From assembly GCA_052055015.1 (NCBI GenBank), contig JBQJIT010000071.1: a DNA stretch of 35,748 nucleotides; one strand, given 5' to 3'. Each line of letters starts with the position of its first letter. Positions within the stretch are counted from its first letter, which is position 1. Source of the DNA: Malassezia furfur. Its lineage: Eukaryota. Positions 8,633-20,075 of the stretch are shown piece by piece. Below the pieces are notes generated by a model that made no database searches, was not told the origin of the DNA, and was given only the letters and a program-made list of their open reading frames with translations. The position numbers were made by a program, and so were the translations under genes.

Positions 8633-10806
8633 ATGGCCAGCATCCGGCCGGACGAGCAGGCCGAATACACGCCTGAGCAGCCACCGTCGCTCAACGGTGT
8701 TTTTGCAAGAAGCCAGCAATCGATGAGCATCAACAAGCCTGAGGCCATGCAGCACTCCCCATCGGTGCTGCCGACGACGCCGTCGCCCGAGGGCGACGAG
8801 GAGCTCGATGGACGCATGCGCAGTATCACTAGTCAGCTCGCTGAGACGGCCGTCGGTGTGCGTGAGATGAGCAAGCAGCTTGTACGTGCGCGCGTGCACT
8901 CGGACGTGGAGAGCGTGATGATCATCACCAAGGCGCGCGACAACCATCTCGTTGAACTGACGCGTGAAATGGCCGTCTGGCTAATGACTACGCGCACCAG
9001 CAACAAGGGGCGTGGGATCACGGTGTATGTCGACTCACAGCTGCGCTATTCGAAGCGTTTCAACATTGACAAGATCCGCGAGGAGCATCCCGAGGTATTT
9101 GAACCGATTCATCCACACCAGCATGGGCGTGGACAGCCGCAGGGTCAGTCCAACCACAAGACCTCTCCGGAAGAGGGCCAGCTACGTTTCTGGACGGCGG
9201 ATTTGTGCTCCTCGTCGCCTGATCTGTTCGATTTCGTGATTACGGTACGCGCGTATACTTACCCAGCTCGGCGGCGACGGCACAGTGTTGTTCTGCTCGT
9301 GGCTCTTCCAGAACAGCGTACCCCCGGTGGTTCCCTTTTCTCTAGGGTCGCTCGGGTTTCTCACGCCGTTCAACTTTGACGACTACAAGTCGTCGCTCAC
9401 AAACGTGCTCCAGAAAGGCATGCGGTTGAGCATGCGCATGCGCTTCCGCGCGACGGTCTATGTACGTTTCTATTCTCACACAGCGTGCCATCCCTCCCAC
9501 TGACCCTGGCGCGAGCCGTTACCTGCGCAAGGCCATTAAGTCGTCGGATACAGGCGAGATCATCATGCGCAACATCCAGGAGGACGGTTGGAACGCGATC
9601 GAGGTCGGACCAACTGCTCGTGATACACCCGGCGAGCACTCCTCGAACAAGCCGCAAAAGGACAAGCCTGTTCGGTGCTTTGGTACGCGCCCCGTCGAGT
9701 CGTTCGAGATCCTCAACGACCTGGTCGTGGACCGCGGTCCGAGTCCGTTCGTGAGTATGCTCGAGGTGTTTGCCGACAACAACCACCTCACAACCGCGCA
9801 GGCAGATGGACTGTGTGTTTCGACACCTACCGGCTCGACGGCGTATTCGCTCTCGGCAGGCGGCTCGCTGGTGTACCCAGACATTCCCGCTATTTTGATG
9901 ACACCCATCTGCCCGCATACACTCTCGTTCCGGCCCATGCTACTGCCAGACAGCATGGAGCTGCGCATTGCCGTACCATACCATTCGCGGAGCAACGCAT
10001 GGGCGAGTTTCGATGGACGTGGGCGTATCGAGATCAAGCGTGGCGACCATATCAAAGTGACAGCATCACCATACCCCTTCCCTGCTGTATGCCCCGAAGA
10101 CCAGCCTTACCCGTGGTTTGACTCGGTTTCACGCACACTCAACTGGAACCAACGCCAAAAGCAAAAGAGTTTTGTGATGGTCGAGGAGCATGTTCCCAGC
10201 ACCGACAGCAACAGCAAGCCCACGTCTGGGGGTGCAGAGCAGCGCAGTACGACCCAAGGCCAAAGGGCTGCGGCAGAGCTGCCCGAGCGGCCCAAGTCAG
10301 AGCCACCCAAGGCGCCCGAGTCGGCGTCGTCGAACAACTCGGACATGGACTCTGAGAGCGAAGAAGAGTATGACATCGATGACCGGTCCACGGCGCCTGT
10401 TTCGCGCACCAGCACCATTGACCGCACTCTGTCGGAGCCGAGCGGCAGCATGCCGTCCGTGGCCGCTGCGATGCGGCGTGAGGTGTTTTCGAGCGTGCAG
10501 CCGATGACCAGTCTATCCTCTTCTATTAATCAGGCTCACGATATGTCGACACCCGACGAAGTACATACACCCAGTCGGTTCGGCTCGGGCGGACCGCCCA
10601 AAGCACCACCACTGAGCCGACGCCACCTCGCCGCGGTCAACCGCCGTCTGACTAGCTCGCTGCGGCCCTCTAGCGACGATGCCGCGCGTTCGGACCGGCC
10701 GGCCGCATCGGAATCGGGCAAGGGAACCGGCCCGGTACCGTGCTCACAGGCGATTGTGGTGTACGGCCACGACGATACGGACGACTCAGAAAGCTCTGAA
10801 GCTTAG
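8633..10806 (+). CDS. ATP-NAD(H) kinase (Utr1/Yef1 family); exons 8633-9244, 9267-9461, 9484-10806
   Basis: Two 22-nt introns (9245-9266, 9462-9483) restore FVITLGGDGTVL and ATVYRAIP. Also SLGSLGFL, LNDLVVDRG, DGLCVSTPTGSTAYSLSAGG and TPICPHTLSFRP. Confidence 0.95.
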
Positions 10807-11115
10807 TGGGTGCGCATGCTGCTGCTACGCACGCGCTTCCGCGGTACATCTCAGTTCGTTGGCGGAAACAGTGCCTTGCATGGGGATCTGCACGAGCTGG
10901 GGCGCCAGGGGGGAAATAGCCACTCGACAGACGCGCATTTATTCGCACGGGCCCACTCGCGTGGTCACCGCCTCATTGACTGTGGCTGGGCGGAGTTTCA
11001 TAATTCCACACAGCCTCGTCAGGAATTTCTTGCCACTGGTCCGTCCCCCGCGACTCTTGGCCAGATCGTTCTTGTCCTTGGACCGCAGGGTATGGTTGTA
11101 CCGCTGTAAGCGAGG

Positions 11116-12417
11116 ATGCCCGCGGATCACCCAATTCGTCACCGGCGTGTCCCTTCGTCACCGACGGGTGGACGCGTCATACGCGGTCTGTCGCGCCGAC
11201 ACGACCTACCCGGCATCCGCGATTTGTTCGGGGGTGAGCTGCCGCCCGCTGGCTCGGAGCAGGTTGCGCCCTCGGAGAGCGCCATGGAGAGGTCCTCTTC
11301 ACAGCTCTCCCATTCTGCCTCGCTTCCGCGCCTAGCCGCAGACTCTTGGTCGCTTCCACCGCTTCGGCACTCTTTCATGACCCCCCGCAAGATGTACTCA
11401 CACACCCACTGCCCACGGTCAGAACCTGGTATCATGCCTTACTCGCCTGGATCCACCTGCGCATCTCTCCCATCGATCCTGCACCGGATGCGTGTGGAAG
11501 ACGAATTGAACGACTCTCCCCTCTCTGACGAAACCGCACACCGCCGAAAACGGCGCTCCTTTGACACCACTGCTACAATGCCGCCGCCCGCCTTCATGTC
11601 TCAAGCGTCGCCGACGGTCGAACGGTTCAAGCTCGGCAATCCGCCGCCCGGCAAGGTTTTGACGCGTCCCGCGCGTCTTGAACGCCACCATTTTACCTCC
11701 TACACCTTTCCCCCTATGGAAATGCGCGAGTCGCGCATTTTGGAACCACATCACGAGCTGCCTAGCGCTGGTCCGCCGCTCTCGGAACTGGTTCCTGCGG
11801 GAGAGTCTGTAGACCCCCTGGTGCGACCTGCCGAGCCGCAGGTGCCTTTGGCCGAGTTCCCCCGGAGCATGTCGCGGAGTCACTCGTCGTATTCAATGAG
11901 TGGTGCCTCGGAAGGCTGCCCTCGCACGCCTGGGCCCGAGGTGGCTGACTTGCCGATGGGATTAGACCAGTCGGGAAGCGCCATGTCGGTGGCCTCGATG
12001 CTGGATCCCCGCTCGCCGGACGAGCGGGTCAAATCGGGTCCGATGGCGGTGCGTTCGCTAAGTATGTCGCCAGAGCATGCGCTGGCCATGTCTTCGCAAA
12101 AAGGACACAGCCCGGAGCGCACAGGTCGAGTGTCTCCGTTTAACAGCAAGCCAGCCTCTAAATCGCGCAGCGCGGGCGCTGCGCACAGTGGCGCGGGAAC
12201 TGGCAAATTTGAATGCAGCTGGTGCGGCAAGCGATTCTCGCGGCCCTCGAGTCTGCGGACGCACATCCATTCCCACACGGGCGAGAAGCCATACCGCTGC
12301 GATATTCCTGGATGCGGGCGCTGCTTCAGTGTACACTCCAATCTGCGCCGCCACCAGAAAAATCACAGCCTGGCCAGTTTGCCCGATATCCCGAGTTCGC
12401 CCAGTGGTGCTTCGTAG
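11116..12417 (+). CDS. C2H2 zinc-finger transcription factor with two C-terminal fingers (MtfA/Nrg1-like)
   Basis: [53 protein letters not shown] after a S/P-rich disordered region. Confidence 0.88.
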   Translation: MPADHPIRHRRVPSSPTGGRVIRGLSRRHDLPGIRDLFGGELPPAGSEQVAPSESAMERSSSQLSHSASLPRLAADSWSLPPLRHSFMTPRKMYSHTHCPRSEPGIMPYSPGSTCASLPSILHRMRVEDELNDSPLSDETAHRRKRRSFDTTATMPPPAFMSQASPTVERFKLGNPPPGKVLTRPARLERHHFTSYTFPPMEMRESRILEPHHELPSAGPPLSELVPAGESVDPLVRPAEPQVPLAEFPRSMSRSHSSYSMSGASEGCPRTPGPEVADLPMGLDQSGSAMSVASMLDPRSPDERVKSGPMAVRSLSMSPEHALAMSSQKGHSPERTGRVSPFNSKPASKSRSAGAAHSGAGTGKFECSWCGKRFSRPSSLRTHIHSHTGEKPYRCDIPGCGRCFSVHSNLRRHQKNHSLASLPDIPSSPSGAS

Positions 12418-12615
12418 CGCATCTCGATTGTACGTACCTTTTTTTTTGGCCCGATCGATTGAGGAGGGGCATGTGCGTGCGCCGCCGCGCATCGGCTGAG
12501 CCGATGAGGCCCCGATCGGGCTCTGCAGCCTGCTCGCGCCAATTAAGGGTCAGGGGACCCAAGAGCAGGCTAAGCCCGTCGCCATCACGGCCGGTGGGTT
12601 GGCGCTTTTTCAACG

Positions 12616-13932
12616 ATGCCTGTTGGCGTGCTTCCCACGCGCAGTGTTACCTATGTCCGCCGGCAACAGTCTGTGGCAACAGTAGTAGAGACATCTACGC
12701 GATCGTCGCCTGGTCGGCAAGAGGCGCTTACCTCCTACGTCACATCGACTGCACCGATTCCTACGCCCACGCAAACGCCGCAGCCGCAGCAGAAGCAGAC
12801 GGCAGCGGGTCCAGTGGCTGGTGGTGTCGTAGGTGGCGTGGTTGGTGTTGCTATACTGATCGCGATAGCCTATATGCTGATCCGACGCGCTCGTAATCGG
12901 CGTGCGACGCGTGCCCTCGACTCGGCATACGCCGAGGCTGGCGTTGGCGGCGGCGGTGTTGACCGGCGCGCGCGAATGCGACCTGCACACACAGACGAAG
13001 CGTGGATGCCCATGTCGCACTCCGATCTGGATCCAGCGATGCGGGAATCGCACAGCGGCCAGCCGTCGCTGGGCCGTGGCGAGCCGTACTTTGCCTCGCC
13101 GGTGCACCAGCCCTTCTTGCAGGATGTGGAGATCGGGATGCAGCCTCATTCGACCAAGATGCCAAGCGAGATGTCGCCGTCGAACTCCAACTGGACAGAA
13201 TACCACCCGGGCCCTGCGGCCCAGCAAATGCGCCAGTTCCAAGACGAGCCGCCGCTCATGTCCCAGGCACCGGGCGGGGCGGAAACCGATGTACCGCCTG
13301 TTCCTCTTGATGTGGTGCGGCCGACTTCGGCGCGTACCACTTCCCGCGCCGAGTCCCGCTCGGTCAAGTCCGGTCTCGCGCCGGCCCCGGCCGTTGCCGA
13401 GGTGCCGGTGGCCTCGAGTGATGCGTACGCCGAAGCAACGGCGTACCCACCCTACGAGTCCACCGAGACTCCCGCCACGAATGCACCAAGTGTGCCCGTA
13501 TCGACGGCGGATGTGCCGGTCGCGCCTGCCTCTCCTGCGGCGGCTCAACCGGTGGTGTCGTCCAGCGACACATACGCACCTGCGCCCAGGACGCCGACCT
13601 CGGGTGCGGCACCCCCAATTTCTAACGAGACGCTCGCTCGTGCACCTTCGGCGATGCCTACTCAGGCGAGCCTTCATCGCATCGCCACGGATTCGCTCGA
13701 TTATGAAGACGCCGGTACAGAACTGCAGTCGCCGTCCTCGGCGTACATGTGGCTTCCCAGCCACCGTTTCGCCGACCGTGAGGGGAGCACGGTGTCTCGC
13801 ATGGGTACAGGTGCTTCCTATCGTCCGCTCGCTCGGTCTGACAGTGTGCGACAGGAGTCGGCTGAGGAGCAAGAGATCGGCAACAAGTTGTGGCGGACTA
13901 CGGGCACACTGCGTGTCGCTAATGAATCGTAG
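12616..13932 (+). CDS. Single-pass membrane protein of unknown function (Mid2/Skg6-like architecture)
   Basis: T/P-rich N-terminus, GxxxG-rich TM VAGGVVGGVVGVAILIAIAYMLI followed by RRARNRR, long P/S/A-rich tail ending LRVANES. Confidence 0.75.
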   Translation: MPVGVLPTRSVTYVRRQQSVATVVETSTRSSPGRQEALTSYVTSTAPIPTPTQTPQPQQKQTAAGPVAGGVVGGVVGVAILIAIAYMLIRRARNRRATRALDSAYAEAGVGGGGVDRRARMRPAHTDEAWMPMSHSDLDPAMRESHSGQPSLGRGEPYFASPVHQPFLQDVEIGMQPHSTKMPSEMSPSNSNWTEYHPGPAAQQMRQFQDEPPLMSQAPGGAETDVPPVPLDVVRPTSARTTSRAESRSVKSGLAPAPAVAEVPVASSDAYAEATAYPPYESTETPATNAPSVPVSTADVPVAPASPAAAQPVVSSSDTYAPAPRTPTSGAAPPISNETLARAPSAMPTQASLHRIATDSLDYEDAGTELQSPSSAYMWLPSHRFADREGSTVSRMGTGASYRPLARSDSVRQESAEEQEIGNKLWRTTGTLRVANES

Positions 13933-13945
13933 ACCTTGTCTAGAT

Positions 13946-14416
13946 CTATAATCGCCCGATCCGCTTCCCAAACTTTTCGCCGCTTACTAGGATGCAGTTC
14001 CCTGAGTAGATAACGCGCTCTTGGATGTTGTCCGGCTGCGACTGGACCCACTGAACAACCGGGCCGTCCGCCGCTCCGGGCTGCAACCAGAGCGCGACAA
14101 TCCGGGGATCGCTGGCGTACTTCTTCAACAGATCCAGGCTCACGGCCGGTGGTGTGATGACCGACACTGAGGTCTTCGCCTCGACGGGGTTCGCAGCCTG
14201 CTCCATCACGCTGCCGAGGTCGGAGAGAGCCGTGAGGCCCTCGACGCTGGTCGCCTTGGGGTGTACGGGCGTCACTGGCAGCTGGTGGTTTTGATACCAG
14301 CGTAGAACACGATTGCCATACTTTGTGCGGTCGGTGCTTGCACCCACCACGGCAAATTGGGCCGCCCGGAAGAAGCGCTGCAGGGCCGTCTGCTCGGCGG
14401 GAAGTGGCTGCAACAT
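13946..14416 (-). CDS. CoA-binding domain protein (YccU-like Rossmann fold)
   Basis: FAVVGASTDRTKYGNRVL, VTPVHP, VSVITPP, LWLQPGA, GNCILV are typical CoA_binding_2 motifs. ATG at 14416. Confidence 0.88.
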   Translation of the reverse strand: MLQPLPAEQTALQRFFRAAQFAVVGASTDRTKYGNRVLRWYQNHQLPVTPVHPKATSVEGLTALSDLGSVMEQAANPVEAKTSVSVITPPAVSLDLLKKYASDPRIVALWLQPGAADGPVVQWVQSQPDNIQERVIYSGNCILVSGEKFGKRIGRL

Positions 14417-14483
14417 TATGGCGTGAGGTGGAGGTGGAGGCGGGGCGGTCAGCCGCGCCAGCCGCCCCGTGCACGGAGACGTC

Positions 14484-16562
14484 ATGTCCTCGGAGGAGGT
14501 CACACGCATTGCGGAAACCTATGGCGTGCGCTCGCGCGATGCAAGCCTCGCATCCACGCTCAGCGCTTTGGGAGATGCGCTCCGGAGCGGGCAGCTCCGA
14601 AATGCTCTCGGCGAGTCGAATTTGCCCGCGCTCTGCTTGTCATCGCTCACGGACCGACAGGCGTCATCCGCGGCGCTTCGCGTCCTCGCAAACCTCTGCA
14701 TCGACCATGGTGCGTCACCTGGCTAATAAAGATGGAAACCGCAAGCGCATTCTTGATGCAGGCGCCGTGCCCTCGGTCCTAGCCATTCTTCCCGCTCCCG
14801 AGGGTCCTTTCTCCGACAAAGAGCGGCAGGTCATCCAGGCGGCGCTGGGTATGCTACTGAACCTCCAAATGGACTTCGACCCGGCCAAAGAGGCAATTAA
14901 GTCGGCTAACGCCGTATCGAAGTTGACTGCCCTGAGCGCCACACCTGCTCTCTATCGGATGGGTGGCTGGGTTGATGGACCTCCAGGCGAACATCCCAGG
15001 ACATGGGTGGCTAGCCAGTGCATGAGCGCTGCTGCCGCAGCCTGGGGTCTTCAACTGGTGGAAGATGTGTTGGGAAAAGATGCGGAGAGCGTAGAATGGA
15101 CGCGCGAAGCGGTTCAGGCCCTCTTGGTCCAGGAACAATCGCTACGGTCCGCTTCGAGCAAGTCGAGTGCGGCGAGCGTTGACGACGTTGCTGCACAGCT
15201 TGTGGGGCATGAAATTTCGATCCTGGAGAGCATTGGAGGATTGCTGATGCATGCATCTGGGTCGTTTGCTTCTGTGCTAGCCCGTCCTAACGACGCACCA
15301 TTGCGCGCGCTCGTGGACCTGTTGATAAGTCCCCCCGAGGCACCAGTCTACTGGGAATCGGTGCTGGAAGACGAGGAGGAGGCTGAGCGAGCATTTAGTG
15401 CATACGCCCGACTCAGGACTGGAGCCGCGCATGCAGTCGTCGGTGCGGCTGCGGACGATGACAATTTGCCGTCGCTGTGCCCGCTGGACGGTGCTCAACT
15501 TGCCTCGCACTGGTTCATCGATGCACTCTTGCAATCCGTGCAGTCGAAGGATATGCCGCTCGCGACGTGTGCATTGCTTGCGCTTGGAAATCTTGCTCGC
15601 GATGCACGCCGAAGCGAAGCCATTGCCGACGCGCCCCATCTACTTACACAAACCGCTAAACACCTCGAAACGAACAACGTAAAAGTTGCTCATGCCGCAA
15701 TTGGTTTGCTCAAGAACCTTGCTGTGTCGTCGACGAACAAGGAAAAGGTGTTCGCCACGGGCATCATTCCCTTGCTTCCGGCGCTGCTCGTGCACGAGCG
15801 GGACATGGTACAGCCACTGCAGTTTGGTGTTGTTGGCTTGCTGCGTCAGCTAGCGAATGCGACGACTGCACCGCAGATCTCGCTCAGCATCCTCGGCATG
15901 TGGCCACAAGACACGCCGGATGTGCTTGCTGACCTGGTTGCTCTCCGTAAACGGAGCGACCACATGTCACTGCGCATGGATATCGCCCGGGTGTATGTCG
16001 CACTGATTCGCTCCCTGTGGTCGAGTCATGCCAGCGAGCGCAACTTGCCGCAACTTGCTGCGAACATGCACACGGACACCAACGCGGTGCAGCATGCGCT
16101 GACTGCGGCCCGCACCAAGATGCAGACCCGACCTATCCTAGAGGGCTTGACCGACTTGCTTCGCTATGGCCGCGCGTCGGCTGTGATTCTAAGCGAAGCT
16201 CTGTTGGCCTTGTCCTTGACGAGTAGCTCGTCCAAAGATACTGGTATGTGTACGATGCTTACCCAGCTCAACTCTCCCTCGAATGCTTGCATACGCACCA
16301 TCCCGATGTACCGCAGGACAACCAAGACGCGCCGTTCGCCTCGGGACTCGAGGCCCTGCCGTTTATTTTGTCCCATATGCCTCCCCAGGTCGTGGGGAAT
16401 GCAAGCAGTCTCATCCAGCTGCTAGCTAACACACCGCCCAGTGACGCACGCACTGCACTTCAGACGCTAGCGCGCGAGCCATTGAAAGCATGCGAAGGGC
16501 GCATGCCCCCCCAAGTGCGCAACGTCGTGGTCCGGGCTGTCGCACTGCTCGACACCCCGTAA
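14484..16562 (+). CDS. Armadillo-repeat protein, SmgGDS/Bem4/Arz1-like GTPase regulator; exons 14484-14709, 14732-16243, 16267-16562
   Basis: A 22-nt intron (14710-14731) joins LRVLANLCIDH-DGNRKRILDAG and a 23-nt intron (16244-16266) joins the C-terminus. ARM-type motifs LALGNLAR, HAAIGLLKNLAV, DMVQPLQFGVVGLLRQL. Confidence 0.8.
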
Positions 16563-16673
16563 CGCAGGATAAAGGACCCGTCGACTAATTATCCCGATTC
16601 TACCCAAAAACGATTCGACATTAAAAAACCCAAAATAAAATAGGGCATCCGCATGAATCGCAGTGGTCGCAGG

Positions 16674-17518
16674 TTACGCCGAGCCCGCAAAGCTGCCCTC
16701 GAGCGTAGCGATGGCGCTGGGGCGCTGGGCGAAGCGCTGCAGCCAAGCCGACAGCCAAGGCAGGGAGTTGGAGCTGCCATCGAGCATGCCGCTCTTCGTG
16801 GCCTGCAGGTCACGCAAAATCGGGAAGAGGAACACGTCAGCCCAGCTGACCGTGCCGAAGATGTACTCGGGGTTCACCAGCTTGAGCTGCTCCTGAGTGG
16901 TGGCGATAATACGCTCCAGGAGCACGAGCACCTGCTCGGCAGCATCGCGGGCTTCGTTGAGGGCCGCCTTGATGTCCTCCCGGCTCGCACCATTGTTGCG
17001 CAGAGCGAAGAACGGCTTCACATAGCGGTCCTCGACAGTCTTCTTCACATGGATCACCACAAACGAGGAGACTTGGTCAATCTCCACGCGGAGCAGAGCG
17101 TTGTCGTGGTAGTTGCGCTCGTGCGTCGCAACCGGCGTGGGGAAGAGATGGGGCTGCTTAGGGTCGTCAGAGTTGCCGAAGATGTCGTCGATGTAGCGTG
17201 CGATGGCGAGCGGCTCAAACAGCACGACCCGGTCACGCGCGGCGTAAATCGCGTTGGGGCGCTGCGTGAGTACAAGCGTGACGTACATGAACCATCACGG
17301 GGATCGTACCAAGAGGCGAATACTCAAACAGCTCCGATGAACCAGGCATCGACGGCTTGTGCATGAAGAAAATGTTGAGTTCCCTCAGGCCGATGATAAC
17401 AGCCTGCACGTCTGTCGACTAACGATTAGTTCTCCGCACAGGAACGTACCAGACCGGTGCCGAAAAGCTCAATGGTACCAATGTTCTCAGGAGTGTTGAC
17501 TTTGGCGGGCACAAACAT
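16674..17518 (-). CDS. Glutathione S-transferase-like protein; exons 17518-17450, 17418-17287, 17261-16674
   Basis: Introns of 31 nt (17419-17449) and 25 nt (17262-17286) give SPLGTIPVMVH...LFEPLAIARYID and YIFGTVSWADVFLFPIL, matching GST N- and C-domain signatures. Confidence 0.8.
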
Positions 17519-17809
17519 GATGAATGGACAGTGGTAGGGGTAGGTGCTAGTCGGCAACGCACTCTATTTAATCCACTTCCATTTCAGGGGCTTCATTATG
17601 CATTGGCTTAGCATCGACGCAGAATTGGTAAACTTTCTGCCGGACTCGCACATCTGCTCCACGTGTGGGGCCACCAAACGCATGCATGCGTCGCACGTGC
17701 CAACTCCTAAACGCCCACTGGCTTCTTTTGCGCAAATCGGCTACTCGGCCGAAACGCGTGCGTGATCCGGGCTTGGCACGTCAATAGGGATGGCAGATCC
17801 GCAATTACC

Positions 17810-18665
17810 ATGGCGCAAGTGGCAGTGGATCCCAATGAGGACACAGAGTTGTACGTGCGCCCCCGCTCATCGCAGTCACGATGCGCTCCGTGCGCACGGT
17901 ATCATTCCCGAGCGCCAGCCGTCGCGCTCACCTTCCCCCGAGCCGCCCTCTGCGCAAGAACTAAAAGACGCCGCTCGTCGCCAGGCTACGGTCGAGGACC
18001 TTGACGAGGAGCTCGAGGATGCCGATGAGGATGAAGAACGCATTCTGCAGCAACTACGCGCACAGCGTATGAAAGAGCTATCTGCTATGCATGCACAGGC
18101 ACGGTTTGGCCGCGTGTACCCGATCTCACGTCCCGACTACACGAGGGAGGTCACCGACGCCAGCAAAGAGGCAGTGCCTGGCTCGCCGGATGCCGCAGCT
18201 GGAACGGGTGTCGTGTGTTTCCTGTACAAACCTGGGTATGTTACAAAACTCATCCAGTATGGAATTGTGCCAACTCTTGGCTGGTTACCTGGACCAACTG
18301 GCGTCCAAGTATCCCAACACCAAGTTTGTGAGCATCGTCGGCGATCATTGCATTCCGAACTACCCTGACAAAAACTTGCCGACTCTGCTTATTTATCGTG
18401 CTGGAGAGCTATGTCGTCAGATTGTGGGTCTCCGACCGGAGATTGGACTCGATGGAATGAACACCAAAATGGAAGGTACGTATGAAGGTCGCTGATGGGA
18501 GACATTGAACTTTTGTTGGCGGCCGTGGGTGCCATTGAGCCGCGCAAGCCAGGCACCGAGGAGCGGAAGCGTCAGGACAATGATGCAGAGGAAAATGTGC
18601 ACCACAGTATCCGCAACAGTGCCCGGACGCAGGAGGAAGAGGACGACGATCTGGACTGGGATTGA
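17810..18665 (+). CDS. PLP2: Phosducin-like protein (Plp2/PDCL3); exons 17810-17850, 17876-18235, 18258-18475, 18502-18665
   Basis: Spliced product reads DPNEDTEFHDALRAHGIIP, FGRVYPISRPDYTREVT, CIPNYPDKNLPTLLIY, DIELLLAAVGAI and ends DDDLDWD. Introns are 25, 22 and 26 nt. Confidence 0.9.
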
Positions 18666-18756
18666 TGTACATACCCCAATAACCATAGAACGCGTGGATA
18701 TCCACCAAGCAAGCGCACGGACCCTCCAATTAGGTCAGCACACCACCCCCACCACG

Positions 18757-20061
18757 ATGGAAACGGTGCAGCAAGGGATCGATGGGGTACGAAAACGGCT
18801 CCCTAATGGTGATGTAAATGGTAAAAGCCAAGACCAAACAAGCGCATTGCATGCTGTGGATACATTGATCGATTCATTGGAACGTGTGAAGGACACTTTG
18901 CCCGAGGATCCCTCCGCGTCATCAGCGGCGCACCGCCGCGCAATGCTCGAGAGAGCCAACGCTGATGTCTCCGAAGCGAATCGGCATTCTTACTCTGCAC
19001 TCAACAAGTTGTGGCGTGTTGTCGACAAAAAGTTCCCAACGTCGCTTGACACATTGATTGATCCCAAGCTGTTCAGCAGCGATAAATGCACCTACGCACT
19101 CGATACAGTCGTGTTGGATTATCTACTGCGGGCGGGACACACGGATGTGGCGGCAATGTACTCACAAGAGACAGGTGTCTATATACCCGAGACTCAGCGC
19201 ACAGCCATTGCTGATTTGCACAGACTACTGTCTGCGCTTGAGTCGGGCAATACACGCCCCATTCTGGAATGGGCATCGGCCAACGGCGAGGCGCTACGTG
19301 AACGGAACAGCTTGCTAGAGTACCACCTGCTGCGATCCCGATTTCTCAATATTGCTCAGGGGTGCGTGCATCTAGAGGACGAGGCAGCGTGCGATTTGGT
19401 CCAAACGCCTACGACCAATGTTCATCTGGCCTTTATGTTTGGTCGGCGATACTTTGGGCCCTACCTTGCAACACAGCTGGAAGAGATTCAGAGCATGTAT
19501 ACATTGCTGCTTTTCCTGCCCAAGTTCCGCGTCTCGCCTCGTGGCGTACCCCTAGAGCGATCGAAAGATGCCTCCAAGATGCTGACGTACGTGCCGTGGA
19601 AGTACCGCACGCTGCTTTTGTCCCTGCGGACAGACGTTGGTGCGATAGCAACACAATTCCGCAAGGACTTTTGTGCATTGTCGCATATATCGCAGTTGTG
19701 CTCCTTACAAGCCAGTGTCGACGTGGGTGTAAACAATGCGTTGGGTCGCATCAACAAAGTCCGCAATGTGATGAAGGACCGCCACAACGAATGGAGCCAG
19801 GCAGATGAACTTCCGGTACGCTAATGCACGCTCACCATGCAGATCGAGATTCCCCTACCACCTGAGCTCGAGTTGCACAGTACGTTCCTATGCCCCGTGT
19901 CAAAGGAACCGGGTACCGAATCCAACCCGCCAATGATGATGCCGTGTGGCCATGCGTTGTGCCTTGACAGCTTGACACACATTACACGCGGCTCGCGAGT
20001 CAAATGCCCATATTGCCCGGCAGAGTCAAATGTGGGTGACGCCCTGCGTCTTTACCTATAG
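18757..20061 (+). CDS. RMD5: GID/CTLH complex RING subunit Rmd5/Gid2; exons 18757-19815, 19843-20061
   Basis: LisH/CTLH-like segments (DYLLRAG, LEWA, SLLEYHL). The 27-nt intron 19816-19842 gives WSQADELPIEIPLP, then HSTFLCPVSKE, NPPMMMPCGH, KCPYCP. Confidence 0.9.
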
Positions 20062-20075
20062 CGCATTACTGTACA

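Noticed and set aside
10807..11109. Open frame continuing about 100 codons past the NAD kinase stop
   Set aside because: The TAG-TGG context is not a known readthrough signal, and the extension has no motif or PTS1.
13946..13957. C-terminal GRL of the CoA-binding protein as a peroxisomal PTS1
   Set aside because: Non-canonical tripeptide; cannot be supported from sequence alone.
14323..14483. N-terminal extensions in the ORF track from GTG/TTG starts (also 5620, 8555, 18505, 24123)
   Set aside because: These are bacterial-style starts in a eukaryote, and they overlap neighbouring genes; spliced ATG-initiated models fit better.
13946..17518. Horizontal transfer of the CoA-binding or GST-like genes
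   Set aside because: Both families occur widely in fungi, the GST gene has native-type introns, and there are no mobility signatures.
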